Shown here piece after piece: positions 47,355 to 55,792 of a stretch of 64,000 nt of DNA. The stretch's first letter is position 1. Each line of letters opens with the position of its first letter. Made by a program: the position numbers and the translations under genes. A model generated the notes under the pieces. It was not told where the DNA came from. It did not search any database and saw only the letters and a list, made by a program, of their open reading frames with translations. The DNA comes from an uncultured Thermoplasmatales archaeon (GTDB taxonomy: Archaea > Thermoplasmatota > E2 > DHVEG-1), in the NCBI GenBank assembly GCA_964347865.1, contig CAYGAC010000067.1, positions 6,592-70,591 of the forward strand. Direction: 5' to 3'.

Positions 47355-48395
47355 TTAACCTCCTCTAATAGCTTTGGCTACTTCTGTAATATCGATCTTA
47401 GAGGGACATACACGGATGCATCGACCACACCCCACACAACTAGAATTTATACCCCCAGCTGCAGCGCCAAATTTGCACATCATCCAATGGCGTATCCTAT
47501 CTTTTCTATCTCTCCTAAAATTCCCATCAAGAGATACTTCACCATATTCAAGCAACTGACAGGAATCCCATTCCCGGTAACGAGCTCCACTTTTTAATGA
47601 CAAATCTGTTGTATCATTGACATCATAACAATAACAAGTAGGGCAGACGAAGGTACATGAGCCACATGATAAACATGGGAATGAGCCTGCAACTCCACCA
47701 CATTCTCCTAAATCCAGCCAAACTCCATGATTAGTGTTTTCCCTTGCAATTCTGGATAGCCATGAGATGTTCATAAATTTCTTCATTTTTTTCTCCATCA
47801 ATTTTAATCGTTTTTCCTTTTCTTTTATATCTTCTTTTTGTGCAGTTCTTAATTTTAATCCTTCAACTAAACTACTACCAGTTTTTGTCCCTATTTCCAA
47901 GAGATATTTTGTGCCTATATCAGTCAATAAAAGGTCATATCCTTCGTTTAGATAGGGACCTGTGTCCATTGAGCTGCAAAAAGAATGCCCACTTGGTTCA
48001 ATACAGTTAAGAGCAACTATAAAAGTATTTTTTCTCCGATTCTGATAATATGGATCGTTAAAATCCCCTGAAAAAAATTTATCTAATCTGTGGATAGCAT
48101 TCACATCACAAGGATGAATTCCAAAAAGGAGTATTTTTTCATCAAGTTTAATCTCATTAGTGGTGAATTTTCCATTTTTAACATCAAAAGAAAATAACGT
48201 TTCCTTCGGCGGATGGAAGAATTTCTTTGGTGGAAGAACAGTAGATATGTAATCAAGATGAAGGTCTTTTATAGATGTTATCTCATCGAAGGTTGAATCC
48301 GGACCAGGTTTTGTTGGGCCATATACTTTATATTTCTTTTGAAATCGTTCTAGGAGCTTATTCAGATTACTTTTATCTATTGTTAAAGCCTTCAT
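47355..48395 (-). CDS. hydB: sulfhydrogenase beta-like subunit (iron-sulfur protein)
   Basis: Several Cys clusters (CLSCGSCTFVCPTCYC; CVGCGRCIRVCP) match the HydB/AsrA-like family. Confidence 0.7.
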   Translation of the reverse strand: MKALTIDKSNLNKLLERFQKKYKVYGPTKPGPDSTFDEITSIKDLHLDYISTVLPPKKFFHPPKETLFSFDVKNGKFTTNEIKLDEKILLFGIHPCDVNAIHRLDKFFSGDFNDPYYQNRRKNTFIVALNCIEPSGHSFCSSMDTGPYLNEGYDLLLTDIGTKYLLEIGTKTGSSLVEGLKLRTAQKEDIKEKEKRLKLMEKKMKKFMNISWLSRIARENTNHGVWLDLGECGGVAGSFPCLSCGSCTFVCPTCYCYDVNDTTDLSLKSGARYREWDSCQLLEYGEVSLDGNFRRDRKDRIRHWMMCKFGAAAGGINSSCVGCGRCIRVCPSKIDITEVAKAIRGG

Positions 48396-48583
48396 ATTAT
48401 CAATCTATTTATTTAAGTCAAGAAGAGCATAGATTAATTTAGCTATTAGTACATAAATTATTCGTCATACATGCATAATCGTTATATGAGATACGAAAAA
48501 GTTATATTTATTATTAAATTACCAATGGGTCAGTAATTATAATGTGGAGAGGCTATTTATAAAAAAATCCAGAAGGGAATAGT

Positions 48584-50710
48584 ATGAATAATGGACATAA
48601 GAAACAGGATTCCCAAAATATGGATATGCATAAAAATCATGAAAAAATGGATGATATGAACCATTCTAAAATGAATCATGGGAAACATATGAAAATGGAG
48701 CATGAACATAAGCCCAAAGGAGAACATGAGCAGCATAAACATCCTGGACATCATGATCATACAGCTCATCATAAAATGATGATGGAAGATTTCAAACGAA
48801 GATTCATTATATCTTTAATTGTCACTATTCCAATACTGATATTATCTCCCTTGATTCAGGAATTTCTAGGTTTTGATTTTACTTTCACTGGGAGAAATTA
48901 TTTTTTATTTTTGCTTTCGTCTTTTGTCTTCTTCTACGGCGGTTGGCCTTTTCTAAAAGGTTTAGGATCTGAACTGAAAAGCAAGACACCAGGTATGATG
49001 ACACTAATTGCAGTTGCAATATCAGTTGCATATTTTTACAGTGCTGCAGTGGTTTTTGGCCTTGAGGGAAAGTTTTTCTTCTGGGAATTAGCCACACTAA
49101 TTGACATTATGCTGTTGGGCCACTGGATTGAGATGAGATCTGTTCTAGGAGCTTCTAATGCTCTTGAGAAATTAGCCCAGCTTATGCCTGATGAGGCCCA
49201 TCTTATCAAGGGAAATGACGTCGTAGATGTTAAACTAAGTGAAATATCAAAAGGGGATCATGTTTTAGTAAAGCCTGGTGAAAAAATCCCATCTGATGGG
49301 ATAATTATGAAGGGGAATAGTTATGTTAATGAGGCAATGCTTACCGGGGAATCAAAGCCTGTTGAAAAGAAAAAGGGAGATAAAGTAATTGGTGGAGCTA
49401 TCAATGGGGATGGTTCACTTGAGATTATGGTAGAGGGTACCGGTGAGGATTCCTATTTGTCAAAAGTCATAAACCTTGTAAGGGAAGCACAGGAAGCAAA
49501 ATCAAAAACCCAACGCTTAGCTGATAAGGCAGCTTTTTGGCTTACAATTATTGCATTAACTGCAGGTTTCACAACTCTTTTTACATGGACTTATTTTGGT
49601 CAGGATTTTGCTTTTTCTGTTGAACGGATGGCTACTGTTATGGTGATAACATGTCCGCATGCTCTTGGCCTGGCCATACCGTTGGTTGTCGCGGTTTCTA
49701 CAGCATTATCAGCAAGAAATGGTTTGCTTATCCGTGATAGGACAGCATTTGAAAATTCAAGGAAGATTACAACTATTGTTTTTGATAAAACAGGTACGCT
49801 TACTGAAGGAAATTTTGGAGTTAGTTCTGTTCAAACCGTTGATAATAAATACAATGAGAAGAAAATAATTCAACTCGCTGCAGCCGTAGAGAAGAATTCT
49901 GAGCATCCGATAGCTACAGGAATTCTTGAAAAAGCAAAAAACCTTGATGTTAAGGCTCCTGAAGTTTCAGATTTTAAAGCTATCAAGGGCAAAGGTGTTG
50001 AGGGAATTATTGAAGGGAAATCTGTTAAGGTGGTCAGTCCTGGTTATTTGAAAGAAAAAAATATTCAGATCCCTAACAATCAGAAGCTGAGTAGTTCAGA
50101 TACAGTGGTGTTTTTATTAGTCAATAATAGATTAGTTGGTATTATTAGTCTTTCTGATAAGATAAGAGAGGAATCTTTCAGTGCTATTGAGCGTTTAAAA
50201 AAAGCAGGGATAAAATGCTGGATGTTGACAGGAGATAATAAGAGAATTGCAAAAAAAGTTTCTGATGAGTTAAAACTTGATGGTTATTTCGCAGAGGTAT
50301 TACCTCATGAGAAACAGGAGAAGGTTAAGGAATTGCAGTCTAAAGATGAATTTGTTGCTATGACAGGTGATGGTGTAAATGATGCTCCTGCTTTGGCTCA
50401 AGCTGATGTTGGTATTGCTATTGGTTCTGGTACTGATGTTGCTGCTGAAACTGCAGATATAATTCTTGTGAATAGCAATCCTGCTGATGTCACATCTTTG
50501 ATTCTTTTCGGTAGAGCTACTTATAAGAAAATGGCTCAGAATCTTGTGTGGGCAACTGGTTATAATGTTGTTGCTATTCCCTTAGCTGCTGGTGTAATGT
50601 ACAGTCAGGGTATTCTTCTTTCTCCAGCGATGGGAGCTGTTTTAATGTCTTTGAGCACTGTAATTGTTGCAATAAATGCTAGATTGTTGAGAGTTGAGAA
50701 GGAGATTTAA
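48584..50710 (+). CDS. copB: P1B-type heavy-metal (copper) transporting ATPase, CopB-like (CPH motif, His-rich N-terminus)
   Basis: His-rich N-terminal tail (…[17 protein letters not shown]…). TM motif [10 protein letters not shown], phosphorylation site DKTGTLT and hinge GDGVNDAP. Confidence 0.85.
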   Translation: MNNGHKKQDSQNMDMHKNHEKMDDMNHSKMNHGKHMKMEHEHKPKGEHEQHKHPGHHDHTAHHKMMMEDFKRRFIISLIVTIPILILSPLIQEFLGFDFTFTGRNYFLFLLSSFVFFYGGWPFLKGLGSELKSKTPGMMTLIAVAISVAYFYSAAVVFGLEGKFFFWELATLIDIMLLGHWIEMRSVLGASNALEKLAQLMPDEAHLIKGNDVVDVKLSEISKGDHVLVKPGEKIPSDGIIMKGNSYVNEAMLTGESKPVEKKKGDKVIGGAINGDGSLEIMVEGTGEDSYLSKVINLVREAQEAKSKTQRLADKAAFWLTIIALTAGFTTLFTWTYFGQDFAFSVERMATVMVITCPHALGLAIPLVVAVSTALSARNGLLIRDRTAFENSRKITTIVFDKTGTLTEGNFGVSSVQTVDNKYNEKKIIQLAAAVEKNSEHPIATGILEKAKNLDVKAPEVSDFKAIKGKGVEGIIEGKSVKVVSPGYLKEKNIQIPNNQKLSSSDTVVFLLVNNRLVGIISLSDKIREESFSAIERLKKAGIKCWMLTGDNKRIAKKVSDELKLDGYFAEVLPHEKQEKVKELQSKDEFVAMTGDGVNDAPALAQADVGIAIGSGTDVAAETADIILVNSNPADVTSLILFGRATYKKMAQNLVWATGYNVVAIPLAAGVMYSQGILLSPAMGAVLMSLSTVIVAINARLLRVEKEI

Positions 50711-50712
50711 TT

Positions 50713-51102
50713 ATGATTAGTTATAGGTTTACAAAAGAAGTAGATATGCCTTTTGAAGAAACAATTAAAATAGTAACTGAAAAGCTGAAAAAGGAAGGCT
50801 TTGGAATTCTAACAAGAATTGATGTTAAGGATAAATTCAAAGAGAAGCTTGATATCGATTTTAAGAACTATGTTATACTTGGTGCTTGTAATCCTCCTAG
50901 TGCCCATAAAGCTATTCTTACTGAGGAAAACATAGGCTTGATGCTTCCTTGTAATGTTATTGTTTATGAAAGTGGAGATAAGACAACGATATCTATTATT
51001 AAACCTACTGTTGCAATGAGTATGATTGATAATGAAGAGTTAAAGCAGATAGCTGAAGATATTGAAAAAAAACTTAAACATGTATTTGATGTTATAGAAT
51101 AG
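50713..51102 (+). CDS. DUF302 domain protein
   Basis: 129 aa. The GACNP motif and overall pattern match DUF302 proteins. The start lies 3 nt after the copB stop. Confidence 0.6.
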   Translation: MISYRFTKEVDMPFEETIKIVTEKLKKEGFGILTRIDVKDKFKEKLDIDFKNYVILGACNPPSAHKAILTEENIGLMLPCNVIVYESGDKTTISIIKPTVAMSMIDNEELKQIAEDIEKKLKHVFDVIE

Positions 51103-51114
51103 GAGGTAGCTGTT

Positions 51115-51528
51115 ATGGATAAAAAATTATCAGCAGTTTTTTTTGGAGGTTTTCCATTTATTGTTTTAAATGGTGGAGGTTTTACTCATATGATGGATGA
51201 CTGGGGTCATATGATGGATTGGTGGGGTATCCCATTTATGGGTTTCTGGTGGATTGGAGTGTGGATTATTCAGTTTATTATTGCTTTTCTTGTCTATAAG
51301 GATGCTGAGAAGAGAGATAATAATGGTTTGCTTTGGTTTGTACTTGTGGTTCTTCCTTGGATTGGTATTATCTTTTTGATAATTTATTTGATAATTCGGG
51401 AGGAAAAAACTGAGGCTGAGGAGACTATATCTGATGCCCTGAAGATCCTTGATGATCGGTATGCAAAAGGTGAGATGACAAGAAAGGAATATCTCCAAGC
51501 TAAAGAAGATATTGAGAAGAAGAAATAA
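51115..51528 (+). CDS. membrane protein with C-terminal SHOCT domain
   Basis: TM helices with Trp/His-rich loops. The C-terminal sequence LDDRYAKGEMTRKEYLQAKEDI matches the SHOCT consensus. Confidence 0.6.
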   Translation: MDKKLSAVFFGGFPFIVLNGGGFTHMMDDWGHMMDWWGIPFMGFWWIGVWIIQFIIAFLVYKDAEKRDNNGLLWFVLVVLPWIGIIFLIIYLIIREEKTEAEETISDALKILDDRYAKGEMTRKEYLQAKEDIEKKK

Positions 51529-51577
51529 ATTGAAAAAAAGAAAGATTTATATCAAAATGAATATGGGTAAAAATTAA

Positions 51578-52642
51578 ATGGCTATAGATCCAATTTGTGA
51601 AATGGAATGTGAAGAAAATAATTATTCTTATGAGTACGCAGGTAAGAAATATCATTTTTGTTCACAAGGTTGCTTGGATGCTTTTAAGCAATCTCCAGAT
51701 GAATATTTCAAGAAAAAGGAGCATCAGTTAATAATTATAGGTGGTGGTCCTGCTGGGCTTACTGCAGCGGTTTATTCCTCTGTATTTAAAATTCCAACAT
51801 TTTTAATATCTATGGATATTGGCGGTCAGGCGATAGACAGCATTAATATTAAAAATTATATGGGATTTGACTTCATATCTGGAAAAGATCTTACTAATAA
51901 ATTCAAGGAACAATTTTTACATGAACATTATCTAGACCATAAGATTGATGAAGTACTAAGTATAAATAAAAAGGGTGAATTATTTGAAGTAATTACCAAA
52001 AGTGGTGGTAAATATTCTGCTCAATCAATCATTATTGCTAGCGGCATGAAGCGGAGGAAATTGAATGTCCTTGGTGAGGATAGACTACAAAGGAAAGGAA
52101 TATTTTACAGCTCAGCACATGACATCACGTTTTGTAAAGGTTCAAATGTTGTAGTTGTAGGTGGTGGCAACTCAGGAGTGCAGACTGCCAATAATTTGAA
52201 AAATATTGGTTGCCATGTAACACTAGTCTCAAAAGGAAAACTAATAGCAGATAAACATGATATTGAAGAGCTTCAAGGATGTAAAGACGTTGAGATATTA
52301 GAGGGTTATAATGTTAGTGAAATATCTGGTGAGGATAAAGTAGAAGGAGTTTCTCTTATATCCCAAGATGGATCTTCTAAAATAGAAAAAAGGATTGTTG
52401 GTATATTTATCCAGATAGGGTTTTTGCCAAATACAGAGTTATGCGAGGATAAATTGAAATTGAATAAAAGGGGTGAGATTATAATCAAGCCAGATTGTTC
52501 TACTAATGTTAAAGGTATATTTGCCTGTGGTGATGTCACAGATGCATTTGGTAAAAGAATTATTGTAGCTGCTGGTGAAGGCGCAAAAGCTACTTTGAGT
52601 GCCAAACAGTATTTAATTGAAAGTGGGAGAGAATGTAGATGA
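51578..52642 (+). CDS. YHS/TRASH-domain fused to thioredoxin-reductase-like flavoprotein lacking the CxxC redox disulfide (FNR/YumC-like)
   Basis: N-terminal CEMECEENNYSYEYAGKKYHFCSQGCLDAF (YHS-like). FAD site IIGGGPAGLTAAVY. NAD(P) site VVVGGGNSG. C-terminal ACGD. TrxR has CATC where this protein has SSAH. Confidence 0.65.
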   Translation: MAIDPICEMECEENNYSYEYAGKKYHFCSQGCLDAFKQSPDEYFKKKEHQLIIIGGGPAGLTAAVYSSVFKIPTFLISMDIGGQAIDSINIKNYMGFDFISGKDLTNKFKEQFLHEHYLDHKIDEVLSINKKGELFEVITKSGGKYSAQSIIIASGMKRRKLNVLGEDRLQRKGIFYSSAHDITFCKGSNVVVVGGGNSGVQTANNLKNIGCHVTLVSKGKLIADKHDIEELQGCKDVEILEGYNVSEISGEDKVEGVSLISQDGSSKIEKRIVGIFIQIGFLPNTELCEDKLKLNKRGEIIIKPDCSTNVKGIFACGDVTDAFGKRIIVAAGEGAKATLSAKQYLIESGRECR

Positions 52643-52844
52643 ATGATGTAAAAGAGAAAGAATGTCCAATATGTAGTAAAAAGATAGGTCTGATGCTGCT
52701 ATTCATGAGTTCTGCAAACTTTGCGGTATGGGAATTCCTGAGCCTACAGACGCTCCTAAGATTCAGACAAAAGATGGGAAATATGATTATTTCTGTTGTG
52801 ATAGATGTTGTTCAATTTATAAGAAAAATATTGATAAATCTTGA
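52639..52844 (+). pseudogene. small Cys-rich metal-binding (zinc-ribbon plus YHS/TRASH-like) protein, apparent -1 frameshift near 52690
   Basis: Frame 1 reads MNDVKEKECPICSKKIG. The reading then continues in another frame as SDAAIHEFCKLCGMGIPEPTDAPKIQTKDGKYDYFCCDRCCSIYKKNIDKS*. The downstream frame is blocked upstream by TAA. The track ORF 52639-52857 reads through in the wrong frame. Confidence 0.4.
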
Positions 52845-52853
52845 GGTTAAATT

Positions 52854-54335
52854 ATGAAGCAGAGGTTTTTAATTGTTATTTTATTAGGTTTATTTTTAAT
52901 CGCTGGTTCTATACCAGCTGTTGCCCATGAGGATGAAGACAACACCGATTTACATGAGATAGATGGAGAAATTATTGAAGATGAATACCCAAATCATAGC
53001 ATCTTTGGTAATGGAGTATATGAATTATATTGGCGCATAGAAAATGATATCATATATATGGCCATGGTGGGTAAGACCACAGGTTGGGTTGCAATAGGAT
53101 TTGGTCCTATAACTTTACATAAGGGTGCTGATGTTGTAAGTGGATGGGTGGATGAAAATAAAACTGTCAGTGTTATTGATTGTTATTTCCCAGATATGTA
53201 CCCTCCACATCCACATGATACAGAGCAGAATGGTACTTATGACATTCTTTCCTATAATGGAACTGAACATGATAATAAAACAATTATAGAATTCTCTCGA
53301 AAGCTATCAACAGGTGACGATTTCGATACTGATATTCCTCTCAATAATAGCTTAGAGATATTCTGGTCTACAGGACCTACAGATAACTGGAGACAAAAAC
53401 ACGAGGAAGCAGGCTACACTACTGTAAATTTTACAGCAGGAGAACATTCTGAAAAAGTAGTAGATTGGATTGGACATGCAATTGTCAGCATCATTGGTCT
53501 TATTTTGGCAATTTCTATTCTAATTTCAGGTGCAAAATTAACAGGTAGAATCAAGGGTAAGAAAGGGGCAAATACTTATAAAATTCACAAGATAGTAAGT
53601 GTCTTATTTAGTGTTTTTATGATTGGAACATTTTTCTATGGATTATGGGTGACGTCAGGACATGGTTCGCCTATACTTTCATCTGTTCATGGTTGGCTGG
53701 GATTAATTATCTTTATTTTTGCAGTAATACAACTCATTCCTTGTTTGTTTGTTAAAAATCGAACTAGAATAAAATTTCCCCATATGATAATTGGTTATCC
53801 TTTAGCATTTTTGGTTGTTATTCAGGTTGCATGGGGTACTCATATAGCTGTATTGGGTGAAGTAAAATCTCTTGTACTTATTCATTCAATAACTGGAGGA
53901 ATTGCTGCTTTGGCCTTATTTTGGATAATTATAGAGATGAGACATCTTACTGAAAAAGGAATTAAGAGGTCTAAGAATGCGAGTTATATTTCAGCATTTT
54001 TCAATATTGTAGGATGCTGGATAATAGGTGGTTATAGTTATTTAACAGAATATGGGTCAAATGTTAAACCTATTATAAAATCAGGTGCTCAACCTTGGGC
54101 ACATCAGATTATAACCGAAACAAAAGAACATATCTTCATTTTCCTTCCAATACTATCAATCCTTCTTGCAATAACACTGTTCACCCTCGGTAAAGATGAT
54201 ACTTTATTGAAGGATCTTAAATCAAAACGTGCAGTAATTCTCCTTACAGCCTTTGTATTATTCTTTATTTTATTGATGTTTATAATGGGTGCAATTATTT
54301 CTTATGTAGGAAATCTTAGTGCAGGAGGTATTTAG
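52854..54335 (+). CDS. signal-peptide DOMON-like extracytoplasmic domain fused to multi-His cytochrome b561-like polytopic membrane domain
   Basis: Signal peptide, then a His/acidic region. The DOMON-like core is YELYWRIENDIIYMAMVGKTTGWVAIGFGP…ADVVSGWVDE. At least 8 TM helices follow, with His in consecutive helices (GHAIV, IHKIV, VHGWLG, PHMIIG…GTHIAV, IHSITGG). Confidence 0.6.
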   Translation: MKQRFLIVILLGLFLIAGSIPAVAHEDEDNTDLHEIDGEIIEDEYPNHSIFGNGVYELYWRIENDIIYMAMVGKTTGWVAIGFGPITLHKGADVVSGWVDENKTVSVIDCYFPDMYPPHPHDTEQNGTYDILSYNGTEHDNKTIIEFSRKLSTGDDFDTDIPLNNSLEIFWSTGPTDNWRQKHEEAGYTTVNFTAGEHSEKVVDWIGHAIVSIIGLILAISILISGAKLTGRIKGKKGANTYKIHKIVSVLFSVFMIGTFFYGLWVTSGHGSPILSSVHGWLGLIIFIFAVIQLIPCLFVKNRTRIKFPHMIIGYPLAFLVVIQVAWGTHIAVLGEVKSLVLIHSITGGIAALALFWIIIEMRHLTEKGIKRSKNASYISAFFNIVGCWIIGGYSYLTEYGSNVKPIIKSGAQPWAHQIITETKEHIFIFLPILSILLAITLFTLGKDDTLLKDLKSKRAVILLTAFVLFFILLMFIMGAIISYVGNLSAGGI

Positions 54336-54337
54336 AT

Positions 54338-54679
54338 ATGAAGCATAACCAAACCGAAAGAATTGCGGCATTCTATCTTGCAGCTATAATAACTGTTGTT
54401 GTCATCGGTTCCATGATAATTATACATGAAGAATCTACAGAGTTCAAGGATTTCCTAATCAACTTGACGGGTCACCATTGGATTACTAAAAGCATTTTTG
54501 CTATTGTTATATTCCTGATTCTATCGATAGTATTCTATGTAATGTTCAGATCAGAAAAGCTGAGGAAAGCATTGAAGGCTGATAATGTATGGTTATGGTC
54601 TGTTTTCACAGTTATTATTACAGTTATTTTTATACTTGGTAGCTTATTGATTTATATCCTCCATTTCTATGGTGGCTAA
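54338..54679 (+). CDS. small membrane protein (113 aa, 3 TM)
   Basis: Hydrophobic ORF starting 3 nt after the upstream stop. Confidence 0.45.
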   Translation: MKHNQTERIAAFYLAAIITVVVIGSMIIIHEESTEFKDFLINLTGHHWITKSIFAIVIFLILSIVFYVMFRSEKLRKALKADNVWLWSVFTVIITVIFILGSLLIYILHFYGG

Positions 54680-54754
54680 TAAGATTTTAAAAAAGCTATA
54701 TCTATAAGTAACTAATAATTGCAAATAATCAATCAAGTTCTTTCTTTAACACTT

Positions 54755-55030
54755 TTATTTCTTTTGTTTTTCTTTGAAAAACTTATGCATCTCTGATAAT
54801 ATTTTTTTCATTGTGTCGATTTGTTCATGGGCGATGGTAGTTCCTTCATGAAGTTCTTGGATAAAAGTGTGCATATCAGAAATCGCTTCTTTCATTGTCG
54901 TAATTTCTTCATGAGCTAGTATTGTTCTCTTGCGTAGTTCCCGAAAATGATAGATTAAGAATATTAGTACAATTGTTTCTATAACAATGATTGTTGCTTC
55001 TATAATTAAAATGAAATTTTCGTGAATCAT
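54755..55030 (-). CDS. N-terminally anchored protein with tandem His/Met/Glu repeat (candidate metal-binding)
   Basis: One TM helix, then two repeats: TILAHEEITTMKEAISDMHTFIQEL and TIAHEQIDTMKKILSEMHKFFKE. Confidence 0.45.
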   Translation of the reverse strand: MIHENFILIIEATIIVIETIVLIFLIYHFRELRKRTILAHEEITTMKEAISDMHTFIQELHEGTTIAHEQIDTMKKILSEMHKFFKEKQKK

Positions 55031-55112
55031 GGCTTTGAAGAATATCTTATTTATTTTAAAAAATTCTGTAGTCTAATTAGTTATTTAAAAAAAAATTCCA
55101 AAGTTACATATT

Positions 55113-55440
55113 CGCCACATAACATGTAGTTACATGGCGGTGGTCCAACAGGAGTAGTCAAAAAGCTTAAATTAACCCTGTTGTTACTCCTTATAAAAAC
55201 GGGCGGGTAACAAAGTGGTTACATTCCCCTTTTCGCTGAGAATATCGTCGAAAAAATCGTCGAAAATCTAAAAGTTTTTTCTAAACCCCTTCTTTTCTTT
55301 TTAATATTTGGCTATGATATAGTGGTTATGATGGATGTATTTATTCGCCGATTCTCATCGCTTTTCTCGTCGAAAATCTCCGCGTTATTTTCCATGGACT
55401 CCTTAAAAACCTTCTTTTTTTCTTTCTATTCTAAGAAACG
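55113..55440. repeat. composite repeated intergenic region, copy B (CGCCACATAACA + 81-bp insert + 79-nt core at 55207-55285; extra TCGTCGAAAATCT copy at 55368-55380; T-rich CTTCTTTTTCTTTT tails)
   Basis: Direct repeat of 39896-40003. It contains 55341-55360, which is the inverted-repeat partner of 61423-61442. Confidence 0.65.
55341..55360. repeat. inverted repeat arm 1 (atttattcgccgattctcatcg; the 22-bp perfect match spans 55339-55360) paired with 61423-61442
   Basis: The reverse complement of 61423-61444 is identical over 22 nt. Confidence 0.7.
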
Positions 55441-55513
55441 AATTTAGATATGAATTATTCTTATCACAGGTTATAATAAAATATTTAAATATGCACATAT
55501 ATACATATAAAAT

Positions 55514-55792
55514 ATGGTTAAAAACATGGTAAAATTCTTCAAGGCATTAGGAGACGAAACACGTTTTAAAATAGTCAGGTACCTTTTGAACCATGAATAT
55601 TGTGCATGTGATTTTACATCTATGACAAAGAAGGATCAAACTACTGTATCGAGGCATCTTAAGGTTTTGGTGGATGCAGGTGTTTTGAAATACAAAAAGA
55701 ACGGCAGGAATATAATCTACAGCATCAGGGATAAAAATGTAAAAAACGCACTATTGAAATTCGGAATAAAGTGGATAAAATCGTGCTGTTAA
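55514..55792 (+). CDS. ArsR/SmtB-family metalloregulator
   Basis: The HTH segment is ALGDETRFKIVRYLL…EYCACDFTSMTKKDQTTVSRHLKVL, with the CxCD-type metal site. 92 aa with C-terminal CC. Confidence 0.75.
   Translation: MVKNMVKFFKALGDETRFKIVRYLLNHEYCACDFTSMTKKDQTTVSRHLKVLVDAGVLKYKKNGRNIIYSIRDKNVKNALLKFGIKWIKSCC

Noticed and set aside
48557-48772. Track ORF encoding a Met/Phe/His-rich 71-aa peptide ([14 protein letters not shown]…)
   Set aside because: It is the antisense mirror of the His-rich (CAT/CAC-repeat) N-terminus of copB. It is a low-complexity artefact, not a gene.
55125-55205. The 81-bp segment specific to repeat copy B as a hairpin-forming MITE
   Set aside because: The apparent complementary blocks (CAACAGGAGTA / CTGTTGTTACTCC) are in swapped order and do not form a stem. 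I report it only as an insertion within the repeat.
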